Below the pieces are notes generated by a model that was given only the letters and a program-made list of their open reading frames with translations, was not told the DNA's origin and did no database searches. This document shows positions 9,637 to 19,229 of a stretch of 64,000 nt of DNA, piece after piece. Made by a program: the position numbers and the translations under genes. Position 1 is the first letter of the stretch. The number at the start of each line of letters is the position of its first letter. Source of the DNA: an uncultured delta proteobacterium (GTDB lineage Bacteria; Myxococcota_A; Polyangia; Polyangiales; Houyiibacteriaceae); NCBI GenBank assembly GCA_963699755.1, contig CAVOVB010000003.1, positions 160,001 through 224,000 on the forward strand. The letters run 5' to 3'.

Positions 9637-10845
9637 TTAGTCCTGGCTCGCCTGTGCGACGAAAAGGTTCTTCTCCGGGCCAACACGGCGTGCAATCTCG
9701 CTCAGCGCCACGGGGTCGAGGTCATAACATGCGATGGCGTTGGTCCCCAGCATCTTCGTGAGCTCCTGCTCGGGAATACCGGTCATGTACTTCAGCATCT
9801 TTTCGCGAGTGTGAGGCCAACAACCCTCGGGATGCGGAAAGTCCGTGCCCCACATGACGTTGTCGATCCCGATTTCGTGGCGGACCGCCGTGCTGCCCTC
9901 ATCGAAGAGAGCAGACGCGCTCAACCAGCAGTTGCGGTCGAAGTATTCGCTTGGCTTCATGGTCAGATTGGATCGGAAATCGCCCAGCTTGCCGCTCGTG
10001 TGTTTCACCGAGGCACGGACGTCCATCATTTCGAGCATGGAGGGCACCCAAAACTCACTCACTTCGGTGAGGCAGTACTTGAGCCTCGGGAATTTCTCGA
10101 AGACGCCGCCAAAGATCATGTGCCAGAGGGGACGCGCCGCCCACCAAGCGAACTCGACCAAAAAGACCCCCATCGCACCTGGAAGCTCGAAATTGTAGTC
10201 GGGGGAAGGTCCGGAATGGTTGTGGACGACCATGCCCCGCTCTTCGCAGGCCTGCCAGACCGGGTAGTGCTTGGGGTGATTGTATGGATCGTAGTCGCCC
10301 ATGAGCGCTGGAATCAGAATTCCCTTTAGGCCGTTGTCGTGTGCCCACTCGACTTCCCTCACGGCCTGCTCGGCATCGTAGAGCATCGGGACGACGGCCA
10401 GGCCGATTCGTCGCAGCGGCACCATCTGACAGAACTCCGCAATCCAGCGATTGTGTGCCCGCGCGCCTGCCCATTGCAATTCCGGGTCCACGCCCCAGGG
10501 CTTGAGGCTCAGGCCTGCACCGAAGGGCGGTGCGTTTCGCTCGGTGATGCCATCTGGAAAAAGGACTTCGGCCGCGACGCCATCCTCATCGATGACCTCG
10601 ATCCGAAGGTCGGAGTCCCAGGCGGCTGCGAGCTTGGCTTCGTTGCCGCTCCGCCATTTCTCGTTGTAGTCCTTGATGAGGAAGTCTTTTTCTCGCGCCG
10701 CCCGCATCGCGACTTCTGCGGCTACGTGCAAGTCGAATGCATCCCGGTGCTGTGGATCGACGTAGTCCCGATACTTCTCGGGCAAGAGGCCCGCATGCCC
10801 GTCTGTGGAGACGATCAAGTAGCGGTCTTCGGCAGGCTTCGGCAT
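9637..10845 (-). CDS. Amidohydrolase_2 family metal-dependent hydrolase/decarboxylase
   Basis: STDGHAG, HNRWIAEFC, HNHSG, GGVFEKFPRLK, MWGTDFPHPEG. Confidence 0.85.
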   Translation of the reverse strand: MPKPAEDRYLIVSTDGHAGLLPEKYRDYVDPQHRDAFDLHVAAEVAMRAAREKDFLIKDYNEKWRSGNEAKLAAAWDSDLRIEVIDEDGVAAEVLFPDGITERNAPPFGAGLSLKPWGVDPELQWAGARAHNRWIAEFCQMVPLRRIGLAVVPMLYDAEQAVREVEWAHDNGLKGILIPALMGDYDPYNHPKHYPVWQACEERGMVVHNHSGPSPDYNFELPGAMGVFLVEFAWWAARPLWHMIFGGVFEKFPRLKYCLTEVSEFWVPSMLEMMDVRASVKHTSGKLGDFRSNLTMKPSEYFDRNCWLSASALFDEGSTAVRHEIGIDNVMWGTDFPHPEGCWPHTREKMLKYMTGIPEQELTKMLGTNAIACYDLDPVALSEIARRVGPEKNLFVAQASQD

Positions 10846-10855
10846 GGCTCTCTCG

Positions 10856-11842
10856 TCAGGGCGCGGTCGCGTCGCTGAAGAACGAAGTGTACCACTTCCG
10901 GACCTCTCCGATCGGGCCGTCGCCGTCTGCGAAGATCGGCTGGTCGCGCCAGCGTTTGTTCTCCCAGATGGCCACGTCCTCGAAGTAGCCGTTGCGGGCT
11001 GCCGCCACGTGCGCTTCGAGAACGGCCGGGGGAAGGGTCACACCTCTTCCTGCCTTGAGGATGACCCCGAAGCGCAAGAGGAGCTCGTTCTCCTCGATGG
11101 GGGTGTGCGCGTTGATCAAGACCATGTCGTAGGCCCATTGCAGACGGGTAAACTGAATCGCGGGGCCATGATAGGTGGCGACCGAGACGACTGGGATCGG
11201 CTCTCCCTTGAGGTTGTGGCCCCGGCCGAGTGAACGCTGGGTGGCGCGTGGGCCATCGATGATCACCTGGAAGTCATCGATGAGCGTGTTGTGCACCGGC
11301 AGGAAGTGCGCGAGGTCGGCGATGTTCTCGATGACTTCGCGAGGATGGGTGGCGATTTGGATCTGAGCGCGCTGAAGCGGCGTCCAGGCGTCGTCGTCCA
11401 TCTCCTCGATCGGGGGAACCTGGTAGTCGGGTTCAGAGCCCTCGGCGCCGAAGTACGCTAGGATCATTCCGCTGTGTTCCTGAACCCGATATGCGCGGAC
11501 GGAGGCTCGAGGAGGTATGCGAGATGCGTATGGTACCTCGGTGCAACGCCCCGAGGCCCCAAAGCGCCATGCGTGGAAGGGGCAGCGGATTTCGTTGCCC
11601 TCGACGCGCCCCCCGTAGCCCAGGTGGGCGCCGAGGTGGGGGCAGTGCGCATCGAGCAGGGTGGCCTGGCCATCCTCGCCTCGAAACAAGACGTAATCTT
11701 TGCCAAAGTAGCGAAGCGGCTTCACTCCACCAGGCTCGAGGTCGGCGCTCCAAGCGACGAGGTACCAGCCTCTGGCGAATGCCGCCGGGAACCCGGCCTT
11801 ACGCGCGAGCGAGTCTTGCATCAGACAAGCATAGGCGCGCAT
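10856..11842 (-). CDS. Rieske non-heme iron oxygenase, KshA/Neverland-like
   Basis: Rieske CPHLG...CPFH; mononuclear Fe site ENIADLAHFLPVH; C-terminal EDVAIWENK...DGPIGEVRKWYTSFF. Confidence 0.85.
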   Translation of the reverse strand: MRAYACLMQDSLARKAGFPAAFARGWYLVAWSADLEPGGVKPLRYFGKDYVLFRGEDGQATLLDAHCPHLGAHLGYGGRVEGNEIRCPFHAWRFGASGRCTEVPYASRIPPRASVRAYRVQEHSGMILAYFGAEGSEPDYQVPPIEEMDDDAWTPLQRAQIQIATHPREVIENIADLAHFLPVHNTLIDDFQVIIDGPRATQRSLGRGHNLKGEPIPVVSVATYHGPAIQFTRLQWAYDMVLINAHTPIEENELLLRFGVILKAGRGVTLPPAVLEAHVAAARNGYFEDVAIWENKRWRDQPIFADGDGPIGEVRKWYTSFFSDATAP

Positions 11843-11851
11843 CTGCCCTCG

Positions 11852-11882
11852 GAGTCATTGTGATTGGCTATCTAACCATTCG
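11852..11882. promoter_or_regulatory. Copy 1 of a shared 31-bp promoter/operator motif (core TTGGCTATCYAA)
   Basis: gagtcattgtgattggctatctaaccattcg is 26/31 identical to 20405-20435 and lies in the divergent intergenic gap upstream of the Rieske operon. Confidence 0.65.
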
Positions 11883-11899
11883 CGCGAGCTATACTTGAA

Positions 11900-12817
11900 A
11901 TGCCCATCCACGACGCGCTGAGCCGCCTGATCATCGACTTCGACGAAGCCCACGACGCATCGGGCGAGGTGCGAGCCCATGGCCTCATGCGCTTTGGCGC
12001 CGCGCTCGAGGGCCCGCCCGGACGCCTGCATGGAGGTCATCACGCGTTCGTGCGAACGCTTCCGATCGTCGAGCGCGTCACGGCACATGAGCACGCACGC
12101 ACGTTTCCATGCTCGATCGACGTCTCTTTGCAACAAGGGCTTCAGCTCGAAGAGAGCATTCCTTTCGAGGCCAACTATCGGGCGGACGGCGAGTCGTGGC
12201 AGCTCAGCACCCGGTTCCAGGGCACCGACCGCCTCGTCGCGCAGGCCCATTCGATCCCGGACGAGCCGCTACTCGACCCGGAGGAGCTCGGACGCTGGCG
12301 AGCGCTGTACGCGGAAACGAGTCGCGAGGATGACAGCTTCCAAATGTTCGGCTTCACCATCCATCTGTCGAAAAACGTGGTTTGGCTCGAGTCGCGCGAC
12401 CCGAAGAAGACAGTTCCGGACAGCCAGCACGCGGCGCTCGTCGACGCCAGCGGGATGCTGGGGCCAGCGTTCGTCAGCACACAGCTCGATACGGTGGGGG
12501 CGACGGCGCGCGGCGCTCTGATGCGGCACCCGCATTTCACGAAGCACATCGAGATTCAATTCGCCACGGGAAAAATTCCCGCCGAGATGCACCTGCTCTG
12601 TCTCGCGGATCGAACGAGGATCGAGGAAGACCCATCTTCGGAAACGGCGCCGGTAGAGATCAAGGGTGAGGTCTATGGCACTGCTCGTGTGCCTGTCGTT
12701 CTGGTCGACGCTTCGTTCGAGCAGGTGTTTGCGACCGGGAGGGTCACGGTGCACCCGGTCGACCCTGCGAAATTCGAGGCGCTCCAAAGAATGCGCCAGA
12801 TCCGCAAAGACCTCTAA
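11900..12817 (+). CDS. Hypothetical protein, probable (double) hotdog-fold thioesterase/dehydratase
   Basis: LEGPPGRLHGG resembles the PaaI-type G..G..HGG motif; length fits two hotdog domains. Confidence 0.5.
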   Translation: MPIHDALSRLIIDFDEAHDASGEVRAHGLMRFGAALEGPPGRLHGGHHAFVRTLPIVERVTAHEHARTFPCSIDVSLQQGLQLEESIPFEANYRADGESWQLSTRFQGTDRLVAQAHSIPDEPLLDPEELGRWRALYAETSREDDSFQMFGFTIHLSKNVVWLESRDPKKTVPDSQHAALVDASGMLGPAFVSTQLDTVGATARGALMRHPHFTKHIEIQFATGKIPAEMHLLCLADRTRIEEDPSSETAPVEIKGEVYGTARVPVVLVDASFEQVFATGRVTVHPVDPAKFEALQRMRQIRKDL

Positions 12818-12826
12818 GAAAAAGGC

Positions 12827-13603
12827 CTAGATGGCCGTCCAGCCGCCGTCGACGGCAATCGTTTGACCGATCACATAGCTAGACGCATCCGACGCCAAGA
12901 AGATGAGCGTGCCAGCGAGCTCTTCGACTTCGCCTGGGCGGCCCGCCGGCGTCTTCTTGCGCAGCCAAGCCATCGAGCGCTCATCCGCGAACATGTCTTC
13001 GGTGATCTCGGAAGGGAAAAAAGCAGGCGCAATCGCATTGACGCGAACGCCGCGACGCGCCCATTGTGCTCCAAGCTCACGCGTCATGTTGACGACGGCG
13101 CCCTTGCTGGCCACGTAGCCAGCCTGCGGAATGGCTCCTGAGCCGACGATGCCGAAGATCGATGCAACGTTGATGATGGAGCCTTTCCCCGCCTCCAACA
13201 TGATGCGGCCAAACCGCTGCGCGCAGTAGAACGTACCGTTCAGATTGACGTCGAGGACGCGAAGGAAGGCCTCTTCGCTTTCGTTCTCCGCAGGGACGAC
13301 TTCAGTGGTCCCCGCGTTGTTGACGAGGATGTCGACTCGGCCAAAGCGTTCGAGGCACGCATCCTTGAGAGCTTCGACCTGGCGCGAGTCCGTTACGTCG
13401 CAGGCGAAAGGCAAAACCTCCACGCCGCCTACTCCGAGCTCTTCGGCCAATGCATCGAGGCGGTCTGCCCGACGAGCCGCCAACACCAGGTGCGCCCGAG
13501 CGCCCGCCAGTGCTCGCGCGAATCCCACGCCAAGTCCCGAGGACGCGCCGGTCACCACTGCAACGCGCCCGGACAGTCCAAAAAGGTCTTCGACAGCACT
13601 CAT
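12827..13603 (-). CDS. SDR family oxidoreductase
   Basis: TGASSGLG, NNAG, YVASK, VNAIAP, VDGG. Confidence 0.9.
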   Translation of the reverse strand: MSAVEDLFGLSGRVAVVTGASSGLGVGFARALAGARAHLVLAARRADRLDALAEELGVGGVEVLPFACDVTDSRQVEALKDACLERFGRVDILVNNAGTTEVVPAENESEEAFLRVLDVNLNGTFYCAQRFGRIMLEAGKGSIINVASIFGIVGSGAIPQAGYVASKGAVVNMTRELGAQWARRGVRVNAIAPAFFPSEITEDMFADERSMAWLRKKTPAGRPGEVEELAGTLIFLASDASSYVIGQTIAVDGGWTAI

Positions 13604-13668
13604 CTTCGCCGGCCCTCTCCTCGGCTGAAGCGGACACTAGCAAACTTGGAGGCCGGCAGCGGGAAGTA

Positions 13669-14580
13669 CTAGGAGAAACGCCCCCGAGTCCCGCCCGGGA
13701 GGTCGAGCAGGCTCGCTGCCTCGGCGGGCGTGGCGATGGGGCGGCCGACTCGTCGGGCTAGGGCCGCCGCCTCCTGCACCAGTGTTTCGTTTGTCGGCTG
13801 TCTGTTGCCGGAGTGTTCCTCTAGGCCGACGTGGAGGTGACCGCCGTGCTCGAGCGCGAGGCGCGCAATGGGGGTTTCGAGGAGATCACCGCCCCAGACC
13901 GATACGGACCAGGGAAGCCGACTGCCTTCGATCATGTCGAGGTAGGCGAGCAGGGCGTTCTTGCTGGGTGGAAGCCCGAAGCTCACTCCAGGGCCCTTTC
14001 CGAACATCCCATAGGGGCCGCCGAAGTAGAGCTTGAGCATGGCGCCCCTCGGAAGCCGGCCTGCACGGAAGTAGGCGAGGGCGGTTTGAAGGAAGCCTGG
14101 TTCGTAAATCGCCAAGCTGGGCCCGAGCTGGTGTTGCTCGCAGAAGGCGAAGCTCCGGCGAATGTCCTCGTAGCTGTTGTAGTACACGACGCCGATGGGC
14201 AGGCCGTCTGGGTCGGGGCGGCCGAGGTTCGTCGAGCCTGGGTCGACGACCCCGATGCGCAGCGGCACTTCGCTCGCGAGGATGGCGATGTGTTCGAGCA
14301 CCTCGTCCACGTTGCTGCCGCCCGAGAGAGTTGGATACCAAAGCGCATCGGGATGTCGTTCGAGAATCACGCGCCATGCTTGGAGGTAGTCGTTTGCGGC
14401 CGCCTTCCCCGTGAGCTTGTAGTCTGAGTTGTGGGCGTGAATGATCGACGCGCCTGCGTCGAGACAGCGGTACGTGTCTTCGATGATCTCTGACGGCTCG
14501 CGCGGAACGTTCGGATTGCGCCTCTTGGAGCTGCCCCCGTTGATCGCGGCCTCGATGATGACCGGCATCTCGCCGCTCAT
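13669..14580 (-). CDS. DUF849 / beta-keto acid cleavage enzyme (BKACE, Kce-like) family protein
   Basis: True start MSGEMPVIIEAAING overlaps the upstream stop (ATGA); NPNVP, GASIIHAH, GSTN, YEPG, HVGLEE. Confidence 0.8.
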   Translation of the reverse strand: MSGEMPVIIEAAINGGSSKRRNPNVPREPSEIIEDTYRCLDAGASIIHAHNSDYKLTGKAAANDYLQAWRVILERHPDALWYPTLSGGSNVDEVLEHIAILASEVPLRIGVVDPGSTNLGRPDPDGLPIGVVYYNSYEDIRRSFAFCEQHQLGPSLAIYEPGFLQTALAYFRAGRLPRGAMLKLYFGGPYGMFGKGPGVSFGLPPSKNALLAYLDMIEGSRLPWSVSVWGGDLLETPIARLALEHGGHLHVGLEEHSGNRQPTNETLVQEAAALARRVGRPIATPAEAASLLDLPGGTRGRFS

Positions 14581-16004
14581 GGGCAGGCCCCCATCAAGGC
14601 CTTGGTCTCGAGGAGCTCCTCGAAGCCTTCGACGCCCCACTCTCGACCATTGCCGGACTTCTTGTAGCCGCCGAAGGGCGAATTGAAGTCGGCGGTCGCG
14701 CCATTGATGTGCACCTGGCCGGTACGCAGCTTGGAAGCGACCGCGACGGCGTGCTGCAAGCTCCCCGAATAGACGTAGCCGGATAGGCCGTACTCGCTGT
14801 CGTTGGCGAGCTCGATCGCCTCCTCTTCGGTGTCGTAGGGAAGGACGGCGATTACCGGGCCGAAGATCTCTTCGCGGGCGATGCTCATGTCGTTGCGCAC
14901 GTTGCCGAATACCGTTGGCTTCACGTACAAGCCGGTGTTGAGGCCTTTCGGCTTGCCGAGGCCTCCGCAGACCAGCTGGGCGCCTTCCTCGATGCCCGTC
15001 TGGATCAGCGCTTGGATCTTCTCGTACTGCGCCGCGTGCGCGACCGGACCCATCGTGGTGTCCGGATCGGCCGGGTCGCCGATCGCGAGGCTGACAGCCA
15101 CCCGCTTTGCGAGCTCGAGCGCCTCGGACTGATGGCTCCGATGCACGAACATGCGGCTCGGAGCGTTGCAGGACTGGCCGCTGTTGCCAAAGCACTTCTG
15201 GACGCCATGCGTGACGGCCTCCTTCAGGTCGGCATCCCCGAGCACGATGTTGGCAGACTTGCCTCCGAGCTCCTGAGTCACTCGCTTGACCGAGTCAGCC
15301 GCCGCCTTCGCGACCAATACGCCTGCACGCGTCGAGCCAGTGATCGAGACCATGTCGATGTCCGGATGGGCCGAAATCGCAGTCCCTACGCCTGCCCCAT
15401 CTCCATTGACGAGGTTGAACACCCCGGCGGGCACAGCCGCCGCTTCCATGATCTCGGCCAGGATGATGGCGCTCAAGGGCGTCACCTCGCTCGGCTTGAG
15501 CACCATCGTGCAACCGGCAGCCAGCGCCGGCGCGACCTTGCAGAGGATCTGATGCATTGGCCAGTTCCACGGTGTGATGAAGCCGCAGACGCCGATGGGC
15601 TCCTTGATAATCAGGGTTTTTCCGCGTGTCCGCTGAAACTCGTAGTCCTTCAAGACCTCGAGGGCGATCTCGAGCTGCGTCAGGCCCATGGGCGCCTGCG
15701 CACTGCGGGCAAGAGAGATCGGAGCGCCCATCTCCATCGAGATGGTCGAGGCGAGGTCCTCGAGCCGCTCTTCGTAACAGGTGATCACCCTGTGCAAGAG
15801 GGCCAGGCGCTCGGCCTTGGATGTGGGCGCATAGCTTGCGAACGCCGTCCTGGCCGCCGTCACCGCACGTTCGACATCGCCTGCGCTACCGAGGGAGACA
15901 CGCCCAAACGCTTCTTCGGTAGCGGGGTTGATGAGGTCGATGACCTTCGGCGCCAGGGGCTCGACCCATTCCCCGTCGATGTAGAGCCTCGAGCCTTCAC
16001 GCAT
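14577..16004 (-). CDS. Aldehyde dehydrogenase
   Basis: LYIDGEW, ITPWNWP, KPSE, QELGGKS, GQSC, EEIFGP, PFGGYKKSGNGRE. Confidence 0.9.
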   Translation of the reverse strand: MREGSRLYIDGEWVEPLAPKVIDLINPATEEAFGRVSLGSAGDVERAVTAARTAFASYAPTSKAERLALLHRVITCYEERLEDLASTISMEMGAPISLARSAQAPMGLTQLEIALEVLKDYEFQRTRGKTLIIKEPIGVCGFITPWNWPMHQILCKVAPALAAGCTMVLKPSEVTPLSAIILAEIMEAAAVPAGVFNLVNGDGAGVGTAISAHPDIDMVSITGSTRAGVLVAKAAADSVKRVTQELGGKSANIVLGDADLKEAVTHGVQKCFGNSGQSCNAPSRMFVHRSHQSEALELAKRVAVSLAIGDPADPDTTMGPVAHAAQYEKIQALIQTGIEEGAQLVCGGLGKPKGLNTGLYVKPTVFGNVRNDMSIAREEIFGPVIAVLPYDTEEEAIELANDSEYGLSGYVYSGSLQHAVAVASKLRTGQVHINGATADFNSPFGGYKKSGNGREWGVEGFEELLETKALMGACP

Positions 16005-17532
16005 CGACTTCTCCACGGTAGCGCTCTCGTAGTCGGCGCTTGTAGAGCTTGCCATTGTCGCTTCGTGGAAGGGCATTCACGATCTCGATGCTCTGCGGGC
16101 ATTTGAAGCGCGCGAGTCGTTCGCGGCAGAGCTCGTTCAGCTCTCGTTCCAGCTCGGCCGGAGGCTCGTCGTCGACGTGCTCGACGATCGCCATGACTTC
16201 CTCGCCCCACTCGGAGCTGGGGACGCCTATGACCGCGACATCGCGCACGGACCGATGATGCAGGAGCACCGCCTCCACCTCGGCCGGGTAGATGTTCACT
16301 CCGCCTCGGATGATCAGATCGGCGCTTCGATCCGTTAGAAAGAGAAAACCGGCTTCGTCGAGATACCCGACATCCCCGACGGTGAAGTACGGACCCCGAT
16401 GGGCCGCGGCCGTCTTTGCCGGGTCGTTGAAGTATTCGAAGTCCGAGTTGGCGAGCACCTTGAGGTAAATAGTCCCGGGCTGGTTGGGGGCGCAAGGCCT
16501 GCCATCGTCGTCTAGGACCTGCACGTGGTCCTCGGTGATGGGTTTGCCGACCGTGCCTGGCTTTTCGAGCCACTGCTCGGGCCCCACCGAAGCACCTCCG
16601 CCCTCCGTCGCAGCGTAGTACTCCCAGAGAATCGGGCCGAACCAATCGAGCATCCCTTTCTTGGTACCGACCGTACAAGGCGCCGCGCCGTGCGCAATGT
16701 ACTGCATCGAGGAGACGTCAGCGCTGCGGCGAACATCTTCTGGAAGCCTCAGCAGCCGATGAAACATCGTCGGCACCATGTGGGTGTGCGTGATGCGATG
16801 TTTTTCAATCAGCCGCAGGGCTTCGGCGGCGTCCCATCTGTCCATCAGCACGGTGCCGACGCCCTGTGAGATTGGCACCTCCATCGAATACACCAGGGGC
16901 CCCCCGTGGTGCATGGGCCCCGTGCAAAGATGGAGTTGCCCCTTGCCTGGACCGTACCCGGGAGCTGAGGTCAGGCCGCTGAGACCTGTCGAATAGTTCA
17001 CTGGTCGCACCACGCCTTTGGGTCTACCGGTAGTCCCCGAGGTGTACAGCATCCGAAACCCGTCTTTCGGGTCCTCCAGATCCTGCGCATCCTCCTCGGC
17101 GATCGCTTGGTCGTAGCTCTCGAAACCTGAGATCTCGCCGCCGATTGCCAGACGCACCCTGGCGTTAGGAGAGAGGGTGGCGGCCTTCGTCATGAGAGCT
17201 GCGAAACGCGCGTCGCCGAACACGGCCTTGGCTTGGCAGTCGCCCACGATGTAAGCCACCTCGTCGGGGGTTAGATGCCAGTTGACGGGCGTATAGCGAA
17301 GCCCAGCGCGCAGGCATGCATGCACGACCTCGGCGAACTCGGGACGGTTGCCGCAGACGATCGCGACTCCGTCCCCCGCGTGAAGACCCCGCGCCCGCAA
17401 GGCGCGTGCCAAGCGGTTGCTGTTTGCGTTGAGCCGCTGGAAGGTGCGGTCTCCCCAGATCGAGTGGACTGCGAGGACCTCGGGTTGAACCCGCGCCCAG
17501 TGCGCGAGTCTCATGCCCGCCGCGACCATCAC
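15997..17532 (-). CDS. Acyl-CoA synthetase (AMP-forming)
   Basis: YTSGTTGRPKG, YYAATE, GDVGYLD, DLIIRGGVNIYPAEVE, NGKLYKR. Confidence 0.9.
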   Translation of the reverse strand: MMVAAGMRLAHWARVQPEVLAVHSIWGDRTFQRLNANSNRLARALRARGLHAGDGVAIVCGNRPEFAEVVHACLRAGLRYTPVNWHLTPDEVAYIVGDCQAKAVFGDARFAALMTKAATLSPNARVRLAIGGEISGFESYDQAIAEEDAQDLEDPKDGFRMLYTSGTTGRPKGVVRPVNYSTGLSGLTSAPGYGPGKGQLHLCTGPMHHGGPLVYSMEVPISQGVGTVLMDRWDAAEALRLIEKHRITHTHMVPTMFHRLLRLPEDVRRSADVSSMQYIAHGAAPCTVGTKKGMLDWFGPILWEYYAATEGGGASVGPEQWLEKPGTVGKPITEDHVQVLDDDGRPCAPNQPGTIYLKVLANSDFEYFNDPAKTAAAHRGPYFTVGDVGYLDEAGFLFLTDRSADLIIRGGVNIYPAEVEAVLLHHRSVRDVAVIGVPSSEWGEEVMAIVEHVDDEPPAELERELNELCRERLARFKCPQSIEIVNALPRSDNGKLYKRRLRERYRGEVDA

Positions 17533-19214
17533 GCCTGTCCGCCGCGCAAGACCTGACCGGGCAGGTCATCCTGCCCGTCGATCTGATCAACCCCGCTGCG
17601 CCGCAGCACCGCTCCGTTGACGATCACTGCTTCGACGCCGATGGCGTCCGACACCAAGCGCTCGGCCCCACCTGGAAGGTCTTGGACCCGACGCAACGGC
17701 GACGCCGCGACCGTATCTGGGTCGAACACCACCACGTCGGCGGGACGACCGAGCGCAAGAAGGCCTCGATCGCGAATGCCCATTAGACTGGCCGCACGCT
17801 GGGTCAAGGTATGCACGGCAGATTCCAGGCTCATCGCGCCCTTGTCGCGCACCCAATGACCCAATAGATGCGTTGAGTAGCAGGCGTCGCAGAGCTGACT
17901 CGCGTGCGCGCCCGCGTCCGAGAGGGTGACGATGGTATTCGGGTCGGTGATGAGCTCCTCCACTTCGGCTTCGTCGTAGTTGAGGAAGGCGAGACGGAAC
18001 CGGGAGGTCAACTGGGTTTCCAGCGACATGTCGAGAACCAGGTCCACCGGGTCCACGCCGCGCGCCTCCGCCACCGCGCGGAGCGGCTTCTCTTCGAGAG
18101 AGGGATCGAGCGGGTAGTACGAAATCACCGTTCGGTCGGCCCATCCTGCGTTGGCGTTTTTCGCTCCGACGAGCGATTCGGCCTTGAACTTCGAGCGAAA
18201 GCCGGGGTCGTCATAGAGCCGCATCCGGCCCTGCTGATCGGTGGTCATCGTTTCTCGAAATAGAGGCCACAACTCGAAGGGGTAAGGCTCGTCGAAATGG
18301 AAATCGAACATGATCGGGCGGCAGGCCACCTGGGGCAGGATCGTCAGCCCGGCCTCTCGCTGCTCGGCGGCCTTGTCGAGATAGCGACGGTGGTTTCCCC
18401 GTCCCGTCATTCCCGCGAGCAGCGCCGTCCAGGTGATGGGAACCTGGTGGCGGGTCGCGAGGTCGGTGAATTCGTCATTGAACAGCGTCCTGCCCATCGC
18501 TGCCTGCATGATGCCTCGGCCCGATTCGGCCATCGCGCCCACCAGCGCGTTGATTTCCGAGAACGAAGCAAGGCGGCTCGGCACCGGTTTGCCACCCGCA
18601 CCATGATGGGTGGCCGCTTGCGAGGTCGCGAAGCCGATGGCCCCGGCTTGCATGGCTTCACGCACCAGGCCTTGCATCGCCTCGACCTCATGCGCCGTTG
18701 CCTCGCGTTCGGTCGCGTCTTCGCCCATGACATAGAGTCGCAGCGGCGTGTGGCCCACGTACGCCGCTACGTTGACGGCGCTTCCAAGTCGCTCCACCGC
18801 ATCGAGGTAATTGGGAAACGTGACGAAGGGCCAATCGGAACCGAGCCCCGCGCTCAAGGCGTCGTACGCCATGCCTTCGACCTTTTCCAAGGTTCGCATG
18901 ATGACTTCACGGTGTTCGACGCGCATGGGCGCGACTCCGAAGCCGCAGTTGCCGAGGACAGCGGTGGTCACGCCGTGCCAGGGCGAGATGCTCAGCATAC
19001 GGTCCCAGAGGATCTGAGCGTCGTAGTGGGTATGAATGTCGACGAAGCCGGGTGAGACCGCGCAGCCATCGGCGTCGATGGTCTTCGTAGCGTGGCCAGG
19101 CGCGTCGCCGAGCGCAGTGATCTTCCCAGCCTTGATGCCAACGTCGCCCCGGTAAGGGGTCCCACCGCTGCCATCGACGATGTTCCCGCCCGTGATTTTC
19201 AGGTCGTAGTCCAT
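17529..19214 (-). CDS. N-acyl-D-amino-acid deacylase (D-aminoacylase) family amidohydrolase
   Basis: PGFVDIHTHYD, HGVTTAVLGNCG, SDAGAH, DRGLL..GRPADVVVFDP. Confidence 0.85.
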   Translation of the reverse strand: MDYDLKITGGNIVDGSGGTPYRGDVGIKAGKITALGDAPGHATKTIDADGCAVSPGFVDIHTHYDAQILWDRMLSISPWHGVTTAVLGNCGFGVAPMRVEHREVIMRTLEKVEGMAYDALSAGLGSDWPFVTFPNYLDAVERLGSAVNVAAYVGHTPLRLYVMGEDATEREATAHEVEAMQGLVREAMQAGAIGFATSQAATHHGAGGKPVPSRLASFSEINALVGAMAESGRGIMQAAMGRTLFNDEFTDLATRHQVPITWTALLAGMTGRGNHRRYLDKAAEQREAGLTILPQVACRPIMFDFHFDEPYPFELWPLFRETMTTDQQGRMRLYDDPGFRSKFKAESLVGAKNANAGWADRTVISYYPLDPSLEEKPLRAVAEARGVDPVDLVLDMSLETQLTSRFRLAFLNYDEAEVEELITDPNTIVTLSDAGAHASQLCDACYSTHLLGHWVRDKGAMSLESAVHTLTQRAASLMGIRDRGLLALGRPADVVVFDPDTVAASPLRRVQDLPGGAERLVSDAIGVEAVIVNGAVLRRSGVDQIDGQDDLPGQVLRGGQA

Positions 19215-19229
19215 GGGCTTTCCGCCGCG

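Noticed and set aside
13669..15195. 508-aa ORF suggesting an N-terminally extended DUF849 protein
   Set aside because: The extension is an alternate frame of the ALDH gene; the real start is ATG 14580, coupled to the ALDH stop.
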